DNA of 64,000 nt from Zygnema circumcarinatum SAG 698-1b (GCA_037447605.1 CM074813.1:2852001-2916000), one strand, 5' to 3'; positions 26,991 through 40,442 are shown, counted from the stretch's first letter. The notes: generated by a model from the sequence alone, not told the origin. Numbers and translations: made by a program.

Positions 26991-28661
26991 ATGAACTCTG
27001 AACGCGTTCATCAATTTAAGATTGTCGTTGTTGGAGAAGGCGGAACAGGTATGGAGGCTGTCTTAGAGCACGAATAATGCGTATTTGCTACGTTTAGGGG
27101 AAAGAGATCATCTGTTTCTGAGAAATGAAAGAGTATTCGAGACATTAATGCACAGATAAGATATGCTTCTAGCTTTGATCTTGTCACGGGAGGAGGTGAA
27201 ATTGGCGAAAGTTGAAACCTTTTACCATATTACCACTTAATCCAACCGTTGGCAGAATGCGAGGTTTTGCAATGAGATCAGTTTCAGTTTCTATCCTTCA
27301 AACTTTAGAATTCGTAAACTATTTGATGAACATTGCTGAGGAGACAAAGCTCAGCTATTGTAATTGGGGATGTGCAGGAAAAACAACGTTTTTGAACCGG
27401 CATCTTCATGGAGGATTCCAGACTCCCTATATACGTGAGATTGCTATTTTTTAAACTGTTTGTATGACAACATGTCTCTCATCGAGACAAAGTTGTCTTT
27501 GTTATAAGTTAACTGTACGTTTTCTTCTTGTTGGTATGTTATCCACGATGCTATCCATTCTCCTCTCCCTTACAAGGATAAATGTTGGATTGTGGATGCA
27601 GCTACTATTGGCGCGCAAGTGTATAATTTGATGTTCGACACAAATTATGGACGAATAAGATTTAACTGTTGGGATATGCCCGGCCAAGACGCGCTAAAAA
27701 ACGGGCTGCCTCCAACAAACAACAATAACATGTATGATTAAGATTTTATCTGGCCATCTTATTGCATCTCAACCTTTGTCCAGTTGTGTTTTTTTCTCTC
27801 ATTCTTCTTCGGGAATAGGATAGTACTCGAAGTGCAACAACATTCTTACGTACTCTCATTTAAAACATGTTGTTTTTGCAGTTGCGGTGCGCAGGGCGCT
27901 ATTATCATGTTTGACGTGACATCAAGGGAGACGTATAGAAAAGTGAAAGAATGGCATGATCAAGTTTGCTGGTTGGTTCTAAAGTTCCCTTTTTCCTCAA
28001 ACTTGTAAACTTTCAAACTGGTCTTCAGTGATATTATTGCTATTATTGTGATACAGCAAAGGGTTTTGTTTTCCATTGTGTGCAGTATTTGTCCAAACAT
28101 TCCCTTCATTCTTTGTGGGAACAAAGTGGACAGTACGATCAGGATGGTCACGACGAAGGAAGTCAACTTTCACCGCAAAGTGAGAAACATGGAGTACATG
28201 GAAATCTCCGTACTAGCAAATTACAACCTTGAGCGGCCATTCCTTTCCTTGGCAAGAAAGCTTACCAGGTATGTCTTTTGAGTTGCGTGAATAATATGAA
28301 GACTTTTTTGTCGTTGAAAACTGAAATCTGTGTTACAACGTGTTTCATTGGAATTTGTTTGTTATGTCTGGGTAAATACAGGACTCCGAACCTTAACTTT
28401 GTGACGATGCCTTTTCAGTGGCCAGAGGTGCAGATGTCTTCCGAGCAACATGCAAAGTCAGTGGTTTTACTCAACGCTCTTCTCACAACATGTAAATCTT
28501 TCTTTCTGCTTGTTTCTCTACCTCCTCTTGTTGTTTCGCAGTGCACATGCTTATTTTCTGAGTTGGCACGGTCTTGCAGAATAGAAGAAGGTCTTGCATA
28601 CGCAAACAGACCACTGCTCAAAAACAAGGACGAGGACGACATGATGACGGATGCCATATAG
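26991..28661 (+). CDS. RAN: Divergent Ran-family small GTPase, 224 aa; exons 26991-27048, 27378-27434, 27602-27731, 27882-27971, 28086-28268, 28382-28456, 28580-28661
   Basis: [74 protein letters not shown] and an acidic DEDD tail are all colinear with Ran. Confidence 0.88.
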
Positions 28662-30038
28662 CTCCAAAGCCTCTAGCGAATTCTGTATATCTTCTATTGT
28701 CAATCGATACGTGAAATAGAGGTAGGTTGCAATGCATACGAGCAGGCAAGATGGTGTTCTTTAATCACAGGTGTTAAGTCATTGGTGGTTTTTTACTGGA
28801 CATCCTAAAAGCTCAACATGGAATCCAATCAGTGGCTAGGTCATTTGCAATGCGTGCCCTTCAAGAATCTCCATTCAACCTCAGTATTAGCGACACAAAC
28901 ACTGCATGAACTTCTTTGAATCCTAAGTAACATCGGAGTTTTCGACAAAGCCAATTAAGAACTTGGAAAGGCCACAGTCATATTTCTTTTGCATACCATG
29001 GAGCTCATTTCCACATCAAACAAACTCTTCTCCAATTTTTTTTCCATATTGAATACGAACATGTTGAATGTGAACAAAGAATAACGCTTGTAATTTCCTT
29101 TTCCTTCTTCTCTTCCACAATCCTATTAAGGCGCAGAGAGACTAACGCCGACGACTGTGCTCATCAAAGCACTACGAGCACCCACGCGATTGGTAAAAGA
29201 AAAAAACGACACAACATACGATATGGGCACAGCCCCAGATGAGACTCCCAAGGAGCTGCATAAAAGCAGCAATAATAAAAATACTTCCAAAACAGCGTCT
29301 GTCCGTTTGTCGGTAGAGGCAGCGTCCGCCACCTTCTATCTCACTCCAAAAAAAAATAAGGAGCACATTCATGCTCTATCTACACCTACGCCTCTCGCAC
29401 ACGGCAGAGCCTGCCAATCCGCAACATACCTCTGTTCCGTTCCGTTCCGTCCAATCCAAACTTAACTCCGTTGGCAGCATAGAACTGCTTCTTTGCCCCA
29501 CGCGCGGGGGAGAGAGCGGGGGCTCCCCCTCCATTCCGTTTCTCCTTATGCTCTTAAATCTGCACTGCTCTCCTCTTCAGGCTCTCCACATACAGAGCAG
29601 AGCAGCAGCATCGCCCTCGCGCAGCCTTAGAGCGACCACAACCGACCCACCAACAGATGACGTTGCTGAAGCGAAGGAGAGCTCACAAAGTCTTCAAAGG
29701 TCTTATCCCTCGTAGATCATAGAACCGCGCCATCCAGATTCTACTTCAGATGTTGCTGCAACATTGAACACATTGTCAAGAATCCATTAAATTTCCATTT
29801 ATTAGCGATTAAAGGAAACAGTTTCAGTCCCAACATCGACATCCTCCTTGAGAGAATGAACTGTGTGATGTGATGTATATTCTCTGCTGATGTGGCATAC
29901 CGACTTGCATGCATGCGGATGGCATAGCCCGAGGAAACAAAAGAATGGAGAGCTCTGGGAGAATTGGAGGGAATGAGGGAGGGAGGGAGGGAGGGAGGGA
30001 GGGAGGGAGGGAGGCGATGGCAGAGAGCTAAAGTAATC

Positions 30039-33000
30039 TCACCTGCGGCTGGCAGGGACAGTATTTGCAGCCGTGGCAGCTGCAGCCGCTAGTCGAGGCC
30101 GCTTGGACTCACTGTAAGCGATCACGCCGAGCACAGTGACGCCGTACCCGGCCATGCCAACCACTGTCACAGGATTCCTGAAGAGAAGAATTGAGACTAC
30201 GACCGCCACAGCACCCTTCGCATTTCCGAGCACCTGGAAACAGAGAACGGAACAGAACGAAAAAAGAATCAGCACACACGTGATCCTGCGTTTTGATCTC
30301 ATTAGCGAAAACCGAGAAATGGATGGAGAATTAGATTGAAGGATTAAGATTAGAGAGACTTTGAGGGTCTTGGATTAAAGCTTGCACTAGAGTAAAGCAG
30401 ACAGACAGACAGACAATTCAGGTCATTACGCAACAGCTATTCACATCCGCGTTCCACTCAAAACCATTGCTACAAGGACAGTCAATGCCATCACAGAAAA
30501 AAACCAGAAAAAAAGCTGAAGCAAGAGAAGTTACCATTGCTCCCTCTTGGAACTTCCCTCTCTAAACTGCAGCTACCACATTCACTAGCATTTCGTTGAG
30601 AACCACTTTGACTAATAACCGATCAGGATTCAGGACGAAAGTATAAGTTGAAACCTCCAATCGCTGATCAATGGTAGGGTCAAACAGGTTTTCATTCCAT
30701 TTTCATTTCTCAAATGTTCAAAGCATCATTTGATAATCAATTGAAATTGACATGGAGAATATGGCTGTTTAATATAGCTGAGACAGTCTGTATAGTTGAG
30801 TGTGACAGCATCAGTATTCTGAACCTTGAGGCCAACACTCGATCTATATTGATGGATACTGAATGCCAGTGATATAACGAACATTTCAGGGAGAGGGGGC
30901 GCGAAGGAGAGAAGGGGGGAGAGATGGCAGCAGACGCAGACTCAGAACAGTAAGGTTAGCCTGCCTTCTATGCTTGAGCTGCATAAAAACCACTTGCAAT
31001 CCGATCTGTACTAGTAACCAAACCCAGATCTCATTAGTCACATCTTAATAGGACTCTACTGTAGTTGTGCTGAAACTACTGCCTGAATCAACCCAGCCAA
31101 TGAGTCTTTATGATTCTATAATACGTAAATTATACAACCAAATGATACTACTCCTGGAACTATGCTCCGCCTGTGATCGTCCAGCTTTCCTTCTTAAGAA
31201 AAAAAAACAAATGCAATGTATCGCATTTAAGCCCAACAACACTTCCAAGCGCTCAAGTTAAGGAAAAATGATGTCTAAGTTGTCTTACTAACTTATCTTG
31301 CTACGTTTTAGCACATATGGTGCTTCTTTAGTTTTTCAAGAGTGATTGCCTGGGGAGTTGGACAGCAAAAAAGGCTATAGCAAAAACGCTAGAAAGCAGT
31401 AAAGAACTATTACTGCACTTGCCTTGCCTTGCCCAGTCAGACTTGCCTTGTTCTAAGGGGTAGTGATTTCTTTGCACTATCACTAAACAGTACTCCAAGG
31501 CTTGTGCTTACAGTTACCACGATACAGCAAAGTATAGTTATCTCACCGTCTGGTTTCAGGCTACACATATTATTGTCACATCGTCACCTTGGTCACCTTT
31601 GTCCTTTGTCACCCAAATATGTGTGAAGAAAATCGGCCCCAAAGGAACTACCAGACAGCCTTCAGCTCTACGAATGCCTTTCATGACCAGGACTAAAGAA
31701 GCCGAAAGCATTCCACATCTACATTTGCAGTACAGTGAATCCACTGAAAGCAATACGGATTCGATCTGAATGTCTGCTATGTGTGGAGGACGACTGAGGT
31801 CAGAAGTGACGGATGCTTCAATATGCATCCATGAGCATCTCAATGCCACGGTTCTGTCAGGCTCAAGAACCACAATCTATGGACAAATACATGCATAAGT
31901 AGACACTAAAAAAAAACAGCTCGAGTGCGCGTTGTCACAAGCTCTCAGTACTACAAACGTCATTTAAGATAAAAAAATTATAACGCTAAATGCGAAATAT
32001 TTCTTCTACAGTATCTCCCATATTTCAACACAGAGCTATTCTATTTGTGAGGAAGACGGCTCAAGGGAAGTGCTTAGCCAAACCCCAATAACGAATTGAT
32101 AATATTTGAAGATACGAATCCCTTAAAACTGCCTTCAAAGATTATACGAAAGCTCCCTGCAAAACTCATCATTGCCTATATACGTCTGACACAGGCAACT
32201 AATAATCATTGCCGCAGCTTCATTGGCCAGCATGCATGCATAATCGAAGGGTGTTAAAAAATGCTGTCAAGCTTATTAATGTTTCGGTTATGTCTAATTC
32301 CAAAGAAATGAACTGTTTCCGAAAACTACTGCACACACTCAACCTTCAAAACCTTCTTGGAGAACTCGTATTCAGTCGTCTCACAGCCAAGTCCTTAATA
32401 AGGTGCCAGAGTGTTCCAAAAGCTAGTTTGCATAAGTGGGAACTTCAGAGAACATAAACGAGAGGCAGATGGGAGCGTGGAAGAAAAGGGATGGGAAAGG
32501 AGAAGAGAAGGAGGAAAACCGAGGAAAAATGTGGACGAGGAGGGAGCCACACTGGACAGATAAAGAAAATACCTGGAGAGTCAGTGCACTTGTATGCTTG
32601 GTGACCAAAAAGTTAGTCAAGTTGACAAAGTAGGCCATTGAAGAGTTGACAAGGAGCATCCAGACTATGTTGGTATTAACTCTTGCGAGCGCTATAGTTT
32701 TGCCCAAAACATCGTCCTCCATTATCAGCGTTGCTGGGAGCAGAACCAACACTGCAATTGGTGCCATGTATAGCAGCAGGTTCATCGAGTTGAGCTTCTC
32801 CCTGTCAAGAGAGAGAGACACAGCGAGTGAGACGGCGTGAGAGAGCGTGAGAGACGACAACATCAGTCCATCCGGAATTTCTGGAAGCCAATCGATTATC
32901 AGATCATTTTTTCCTACCGATACTGAAAACAAGGGAGCCTATACAGTTTACAGCCCCCCCATTGAACTTTCAAGTCATAATAGAGGAAGTCACTGTGTTT

Positions 33001-34731
33001 ACAAAAGCAATAAAAAGCAATCGATCCACGAATCGTCGAGGTTACAAGTATCAAGCATTGAGATTATCTCTAGTGCTAGCTGGACTGTTCGGGATATCGG
33101 TCGCTTCCATACGGCCCTTTGCCTGAGAAAACTGCTGCGACTTGATCAAGGAGACGCACTACGCATGCAAGCCATTCCTAACCCTTCTGAAAAGAGAGTT
33201 AAAACTTTATCGCATGACATGGACAAGCACGAATGTGTGAGTAACCGCACGTTCGGCACTTCCCTCTATAGACCTAAAACACAGTGAAGCAAGGGCAGAA
33301 GTAGCTGTCGGTACCCATCAGACGAAAGGAGAATGCCTTGCAATACGGATTTTAACGCGCGAGCTGCGGTTGCCCCCATACACATCATGAAACCATACAA
33401 ATGGAAGCTGGGCTCACTCTGCAAGAAAGCAACGAGCCATCAGCCATCCCATCACAATCAGCATTTTACTATTCAATGAGAAAAGAAAAGAAAATGCCTT
33501 CCACAGAATAAGCAATTTGAAAACTGTATTCGCTTGTCAAGAAGGTATAAAGAAACTGGTTGCATGCGTTGGACTATCCCTGGCAGCAGCAAAACAAAGC
33601 GATTCAGACACAAAAGTCATGTCTCAAACTAAAAACTTGAACGGAGCTCGCGACTTGCGCTTACCAGATCACTGGAAAGCATCATAAAAGTGTTGTTATA
33701 CAGAGATAGAGCACATTGTGACCAGAATTGCGCTTCGGAGTAGTGAGATGACTTTCTGCTAATAAAGAACTACTAAAAAATTTAGCATTCAAGCAATAAA
33801 ATGCTCTTACCCCGCTTGCAATGACAACTCCGAGAACGACCGGAATAAGAGCTCCATATGTTAGCCACGACTCTCTCTTTTGGGTCATCGCATAAGCGAA
33901 TGCTGCAGTAAAAAAAGGCGTCGTTGCACCGACTGCCTGATTAAATGAAACGGGCAGGAAACGGAGGGAGATGTTGCCACTGACAACAGAAAAACAAAAT
34001 ACAACACTGAGGGCTGCTATCTTGAAGAACTGCAGCCGTGATCGAATAGGCTGAAAGGAGATAAAAACAACAAACATTTTCGAATAAGTATCGATCGCCG
34101 AAGCAGCATATTGCTAACTGCAGCTTTGCTACAATGACTTTCAAAAAAAAAGGGGGAGGGGAGGAAGGATCAGTCAGAAACAGAAAACCCATACTGTAAC
34201 TAATTTGCTCGCAGCGCTGGATCCACTCATTCCGCATGCTCAAGAAGCAATAACTTCAACATTCACAAGATCAAGACAGATCCGCTTTTTTTCCAAGAAG
34301 ACTCGAATGATCATCATTCAGCTCCTTTTGTTGGAATGGAAATGGCCAAAAGTAGAAAAACCTCCTTTCATTTTTTATCCTTTGTTATTCATTCCTAAAA
34401 GATAAAGAAGGTGCAGCGAGCGCACCTGCAGGGGAACTATCTTTAACCAGGCAATGCCTACGTAACTGAAGATGGCACAGGCTGCCATGTGGCACATGGT
34501 GAGAAAGATCGGGTATTTGAAGCCGAAGTTGCTGAGCAGGTATTTGTTCAACAAAAGCACACCAATATTTGAAAAGTACCAGGAAACGATAAGGCCCACA
34601 GTCATCATACTGCTGGAAACCTTGGCAGTGGCGGCCATGGCTCCCCCTTTAGGATCCCTGAATATGGATGTGTGATCTATAAAAGGCCCCCTTGGCGACT
34701 TCCTCTTGTTCGGGAAGCTACCACTCGCCAT
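30039..34731 (-). CDS. Nucleotide-sugar transporter of the TPT superfamily (UUAT-like); exons 34731-34426, 34050-33811, 33418-33315, 32801-32573, 30233-30039
   Basis: [120 protein letters not shown]. The start may be the second Met (34638). Confidence 0.92.
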
Positions 34732-35925
34732 GGAAGATGCTACCCATAAGATCGAGATGAAACATGGAAGCTAGAAGTCTTTCACTCTCCACTTAGTTTT
34801 CTGCAGAACCGACTATGGCAAACTCTTTCAAACTTGATCCGATGCCAGAGACGTCTTCGAATCAGATCATGCACAACCTCTAAGTGCTGCCTTAACAACT
34901 GCTCCCCCAATATTTTAGCTCAATAATGCAGCAGGACGAGGCTCCCTTTTCAACAAAAAAACACAGTAATCCACCCGCATTCGCAAGACGCATTCACAGA
35001 CGTCCCTGCAACACCAAATCCTCCTCCTCCTTCGGTATCTGTCTATCTATCACCTGCTTCAAGACTCCAGAAATGCCTCCCTTTCCTTTCAGCCCTCCAC
35101 AGATGCCCTCTTGCAGGGCTCCTCCTGCAGATGCTCCAGGAACTGGATTCCGCCACTTCCAGTGCGAACGCCCCTCCAAACCGTCGTTGTCCACCCCCCT
35201 GCCAAACCCCTCCAGTGAGAGCACCCTCCGACCGTATCCCGTTCCAAGCCGTTTCACCGCCGTTCGAGTAGTTCGTCCGTACGCCTGCGTGGCATCCCGA
35301 ACCTATTCCTCGCCCCAGTGTGAGCGGCCTTTCCGGCCCAGTGGGAACGCGCCCCGCTCTCGTCGTTGTCCACCAACCGGGGCCCTTAAATGGCGGGCGC
35401 CAACGGCAAGGGAGTCCCTGGCGGGTGTGTCGGTGCCGTACGTGACGTGACGCGAACGTTCCCAGGCGGCCGCAGGGCCCTGAATAACGGCCGCAACGGA
35501 CCCTGTGGGGGAGGCTAAAGTTAACCAGTGTAAAGTTACATTTTTGCATAAAGTTACTAGTTTTTTTCTACTTGTTCTAAAGTTACTTGGGGAGTGGGTG
35601 AGGAATTGAGGATTCGTTGGACAAGTCGAAGAGGACAAAATGGGGGATTTGCAGGACACTTGGTGGAGGTTCTTTGTGGTAGTTTCAGTTCTCTGACGCA
35701 AGAACTGTTGCGTCGTGTGGGACCGCGTTGCGTTCTAACGGTGAACAGGACTGTGCCGTCCGCGTGCGTGGTGATGGGTTCCATGCACGTTGTTGGACCG
35801 TTCGCGTACAGTAGCACGGAAGAGCGTTGAGTTGAGCCAATGCATGTACTTGGCCGGCCACATATACAATAGCTCTTGATTTCAAGGCTGTGTGTGACTT
35901 CCTGACACTAGGGTTGGAAATAATA

Positions 35926-36125
35926 GGGGGAGTCAGACCTTGACCATCGCTTACGAAATTCCCAAATTCCTTATACTAAAAGTCACTTCTTTCGTGTACG
36001 AATTCCGGGTCGGGATCCGCGGCTCCGCCGAGCCCAGCCGTATCGAAATGCGTACCTAGCCAATGCTTAATTCGCCCGACAGACTTACGAAATTGACTTG
36101 GCGATGGTCAAGGTCTGACTCCCCC
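35926..36125. mobile_element. 200-bp MITE (same family as 20470-20669, opposite orientation)
   Basis: Perfect 25-bp TIRs GGGGGAGTCAGACCTTGACCATCGC with TA on both flanks. Confidence 0.85.
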
Positions 36126-36144
36126 TAATCTGGGACTCACCTCA

Positions 36145-36312
36145 AAACGGGAAAGGAAGTGGCATTGATCTCACGCATGGCGATGATGATGTCATCAAAT
36201 GTACATGGACAACATCAGCATGGGGAAGGAACCACGAGGAAGTGGTCGCAAAGGACCCAAGCACAAAAGAAAAAAGCTAGGGGCGGAAAACTACGGCCAG
36301 GCTCAACAACGC
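36145..36312 (+). repeat. Dispersed repeat, third copy of the family at 44382-44464 and 44621-44760
   Basis: Shares GGCATTGA..CATCAAATGTACATGGAC..GGAACCACGAG..GGTCGCAAAGGAC..AAGCTAGG.GCGGAAAACTACG. Confidence 0.75.
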
Positions 36313-36789
36313 TCTCATCCCTCCTCATTGCATACACTACCATGGACGACAAGAAGTCGAAAATCATGTAGGCAAAAGCCGAGCATCAGGTGCCTACTTT
36401 CTCGTGATGTGCTTTCATTGGCCTGCCGGTCCTTGGATCGCCCACCGCACCGTGGCATGAGTGAGCCCATGAGATAGATTCTATCAACTCCTGTTATATC
36501 AATTTCTTTAGGCTACAAATTTTGGTAATCATAAATAGGATTAAATTTAAGGTTACGTATGTCTTTGAGTAAATCCTGAATGCTATTATTTAAAATATTT
36601 TTTATGAGCCGCACGTTAAACGTCGCGAATGTTGACTTATATGCTTCTGCCAGTGCAGAGGTCTGTCCGTGTCTTCACCTCTCATTTCGGTTTCTCTCTT
36701 CCTCGTCGCACAATAAAAAATAATGGCTCCTTAAAACTAAAGGTGATGACGACCAGACCTTAACAATTGAACATTTTGTTGAAAGGGAT

Positions 36790-36843
36790 ATTCTCCGAAG
36801 CGTGGATTTGAACCTGGGCCGCCTTGGGTGAAAGCAAGGTATC
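36790..36843 (-). pseudogene. tRNA-Glu(TTC)-like fragment or SINE head
   Basis: Reverse complement GATACCTTGCTTTCACCCAAGGCGGCCCAGGTTCAAATCCACGCTTCGGAG has a CTTTCAC anticodon loop and an intact B-box, but a broken T-stem and no D-arm or acceptor 5' half. Confidence 0.55.
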
Positions 36844-36911
36844 GTCTACGTAAAGCCCTCTTTACGTTTTTGCGTTGCCGTAGGCAAAAGCTTTGTCATC
36901 GTTTTCATCCG

Positions 36912-37055
36912 TACGATTATTCGATTAAGGTGTCAAAGATGATTTTGATGAAAATGGGGTATAATTTCCGCGAGTGTGACGTTGCCACGTCGCGCGTCCT
37001 GATTGGTGTGCTCTTCGTTGGATCGAATGCGGTTAAAATGGGGTATATCGCGTAT
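36912..37055 (+). repeat. Dispersed repeat family A (further copies at ~40590-40700 and ~40772-40915)
   Basis: Shared AAAATGGGGTATA..TGACGTTGCCACGTCGCGCG..GATTGG..GAATGCG..AAAATGGGGTATATCGCGTA. Confidence 0.75.
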
Positions 37056-37251
37056 TTATGTACTCATAATTACGTTTCGTTTCAACGGACAGCGTTGAAA
37101 CGAAACGTTATTCAGTTATGCTTTTATCCAGTTAGAAATTGCCACGTTGGTATTGTGGTGTTTTTTTGGATCGTTTGTAGGATATGGGGTATGTTTTTTA
37201 TCCAGTCGGGTGTTGCCACGTAGCCCTAAAATGGGAAAAAAAATCAAAAAA

Positions 37252-37315
37252 AAACCACACACAAACTTGACGACAGAATGACACATCATTCTGTCGTCAA
37301 GTTTGTGTGTGGTTT
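37252..37315. repeat. Perfect 30-bp inverted repeat with 4-nt loop
   Basis: AAACCACACACAAACTTGACGACAGAATGA-caca-TCATTCTGTCGTCAAGTTTGTGTGTGGTTT. Confidence 0.95.
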
Positions 37316-37519
37316 AAAAAAAATTTTTTTTTTTTTTTTTTTTTTGGATTGTGGAACGGAATGTGGTATACGTGTTATCCAGTCAGAGATTGCGACGTGG
37401 GTGTTGTGTGTTTTCTTGATTTTTTGTAGGAAATGGGTCTTATTTTATTCAATCAAGTGTTGCCACGTTGGCAATAATTTTTGATGTTTATCGATGTTTT
37501 CAATTTCTATATTATCGTT

Positions 37520-39087
37520 AATTCCACGTAAGATGTTTTTAAAATGGCGGACTGGCCGACAGACAAAGTCTTTATAGTCCAGAGGACTGGCGGACTAGCC
37601 GACTGACTGACGGACGGACACGCGAACTGGCCGACAAACCGACTAACTCGCAGACTGCCCGACGACCGACAGACTGACTGACAGACGGACACACATACTG
37701 TCCGACAGACAGACGACTGACTAACGGACAGACTGACAGACTTCCCGACAAACTGACAAGCTAACGGACTGACTAAAAACTGTAAAAATTCTGAAAGATT
37801 AAAAAAACTGTAAAAGCGCTAAAAATGCTTAAAATGTCTATAAAATTTCTAAAAAACCTAAATAATAACCTAAATATGTAAAACCTTAAAAATCTTAAAA
37901 TTCCTAAAAATCTTGAAAATAGAAAATGTCTAAGAAATCATAAAAACCCTTGTTTTTTAGTCTAACACGCAAATTGAGACACGCACAAACATCATCACAG
38001 TCGAAAAAAAAAAAAACAAACTATACAACATAGGGCCCTATGTGTAGTAGTTTGTTTCCTTTTTTTTTTTCTTATTTGTAGAAAAATCACACACGCAAAT
38101 TCTGCCGCACACAAAAACACTCGCAGAGAAAAAAAAAAAAACAATGTAATTATTACAACATTAGGCCTTCTGTTGTAATATTATTTTGTTTTTTTTTTTT
38201 TTCTATTTTCAGATAAAAGAATGCGCACAGTCAGACAAACATACAGACATAGCCACACACACGCCGACACTCACATAATGGAAAAAAACAAAAACATTAT
38301 TAAAGAAGAAAAAGAAAAGGAAAAAAAAATGGTAAAAGCTCTCTCTCTCTCTTTCTTTTCTTCCTCCTGTCTTCTACCATTCTTCCTACCGGTTTACCTC
38401 TACAACTCTTCTGTCTTTCTGAAAACTATAAAAGTGGGAGGAATGAGAAATTGAAGTACGAACCTGTTTTGATGCGGATTTCCAAGTTTGACGATTTCCG
38501 CTCTTTTCGATCTTCGTTATCTCCAGGACTGGGTCCTTCAGAAATCAAAGTACGGTTATTTGTCATTTTACATATGAAAATAAACATAGATACGAACCTT
38601 TTCGGTGTTTCTGATTTTCGTTATCTCCAGGACTGGGTCCTTCAGAAATCAAATTAGGGTTATTTGTCTTTTTACATATGAAAATAAACATAGATACGAA
38701 CCTTATCGGTGTTTCGGAATTTCGTTATCTCCAGGACTGGGTCCTTCAGAAATCAAAGTATGGTTATTTGTCATTTTACATATGAAAATAAAAATAGATA
38801 CGAACCTTATCTTAGTCGAAAATTCCACATAAGAGGTTTTTAAAATGGCGGACTAGCCGACAGACAAAGTCTTTATAGTCCAGAGGACTGGCGGACTGGC
38901 CGACAGACTGACGGACGGACACAGGAACTGGCCGACAAACCGACCGACAAACCGACTAACTCACAGACTGGCCGACGACCGACTGACTGACTGACTGACG
39001 GACACACACACTGGCCGACAGACAGACGACTGACTAACGGACAGACTGACAGACTTCCCGACAACCTGACAAGCTAACGGACTGACT
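37520..39087 (+). repeat. Pair of ~260-bp direct repeats (37520-37774 and 38821-39087), rich in GAC(T/A/C/G) tetramers
   Basis: Colinear high identity from AATTCCAC to GCTAACGGACTGACT. Confidence 0.85.
38513..38811 (+). repeat. 104-bp minisatellite, 3 copies
   Basis: TTCGTTATCTCCAGGACTGGGTCCTTCAGAAATCAAA recurs at 38513, 38617 and 38721. Confidence 0.92.
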
Positions 39088-39618
39088 TGTTAGTTAGTAA
39101 CTTTCATCTCCATCAACACCTTCTTCTTCCTTCCATACACCATTCTTCCTTCAGTACACTTCTCCTTTTCTTCTTTCTTCTTCTTCCATCTCCTTTCCAC
39201 CATCTTTCCTTCACCACACTCCATGTTCCTGTCTCCTTCTGTTTCTTCCTTCTTCCTTCCACCATTTTCCTTTTCACTACAATCTAATTCCTTCCTCCTT
39301 CTCTTCTTCCTTCTTTCTCCACCATTCTCCCCTTCATCACACTCCATGTTACTTCCCTTCCTTTTTTTCCTTCCCCCCTCCACCATTCTGCTCTTTTGAC
39401 TCTCGATGTTTCTTCTTCATCCTTTTCTTCCTTCATTTTTCCACCATTCTCCCCTTCACTCCACTCCATGTTCCATCCTCAGCAGACCAGGAGGATCCTC
39501 GGAATGATCAGCAGCAACTCTTCTGTTAGACTGGCGAGTGTAAGAAAATGGATGTCGGGAGGACGTAAAGAACAGGGGAAGATGATATTACCGTGTTTCT
39601 GAATCGCTTCGTCATCGA

Positions 39619-40442
39619 AACGTCGTCGACGTCACCGTACCGGCACGAAACCGGCAACAGGCTGTGGAGCCCTGGATGTGGCCCTTTTTTGTACGATGTT
39701 CGTAATCGCGGGATTGTGATTGTCGGTTGACAATGCCCGAAACGGCATGTTTGTAGCCCGTGGCCCGTCCCTCTTGCTAGCCCGTGGCGGTTCGCCACGT
39801 GGCCGGCGACGCGCGCGTGCGACACCGGCGACGTCGTTCATGCGACACGCGAATACGACGCGCAGATGCGACGCGCGGATGGCGCCCGGCTTTCTAAGTG
39901 GTGTGCTTATAGCGTCCATATTGCATGGAGGACCGCCTTAGCGACCGTACAAGTCTTCGGGGGTTTGCGCGTACTGTAGCGCGCGCATGAAGATTGGGCA
40001 GAAATGTAGTTGTACGGAGCGGCGCGCTGGTGTACGGCCAGCGGAGCGCTGATTGGTCGCGGCGCGAGTGCGGAGCGTGGAGCGCGCGACATGTGGCGCG
40101 ACGGATGGAGATCAACGGTGGTGCACGAAGCGGCGGAACGAAGCGTCAGTGGAGTCGCTTCAGAATGTCGGCTACGAATCAAGTGGCGCCACGTGGACCA
40201 CTCATGTAGCAGCCGGAAAATGGCGAAGGGGACCTGACGGGCAGAGAATCTGTACGGCAGTCAATCTGTAGGTCGGTCGTCGAACGTCAACGTCGGAACG
40301 TCGTCGACGTCACCGTACCGGCACGAAACGGCTCTATTCGGACAATCGTCTTTTGGACGAGGATGTGGCCCTTTTTTGTACGGTTTTCGTAATCGGGGGA
40401 TTGTGATTGTCGGTTGACAATGCCCGAAACGGCATGTTTGTA
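39619..40442 (+). repeat. Pair of ~140-bp direct repeats (39619-39755 and 40297-40442)
   Basis: Shared AACGTCGTCGACGTCACCGTACCGGCACGAAAC ... GGATTGTGATTGTCGGTTGACAATGCCCGAAACGGCATGTTTGTA. Confidence 0.85.

Noticed and set aside
29126-29750. Short ORFs between the Ran-like gene and the transporter
   Set aside because: No motifs and no consistent splice structure; probably 3' UTR or intergenic.
39090-39470. E/K/G-rich minus-strand ORFs
   Set aside because: They derive from a degenerate CT-rich low-complexity tract.
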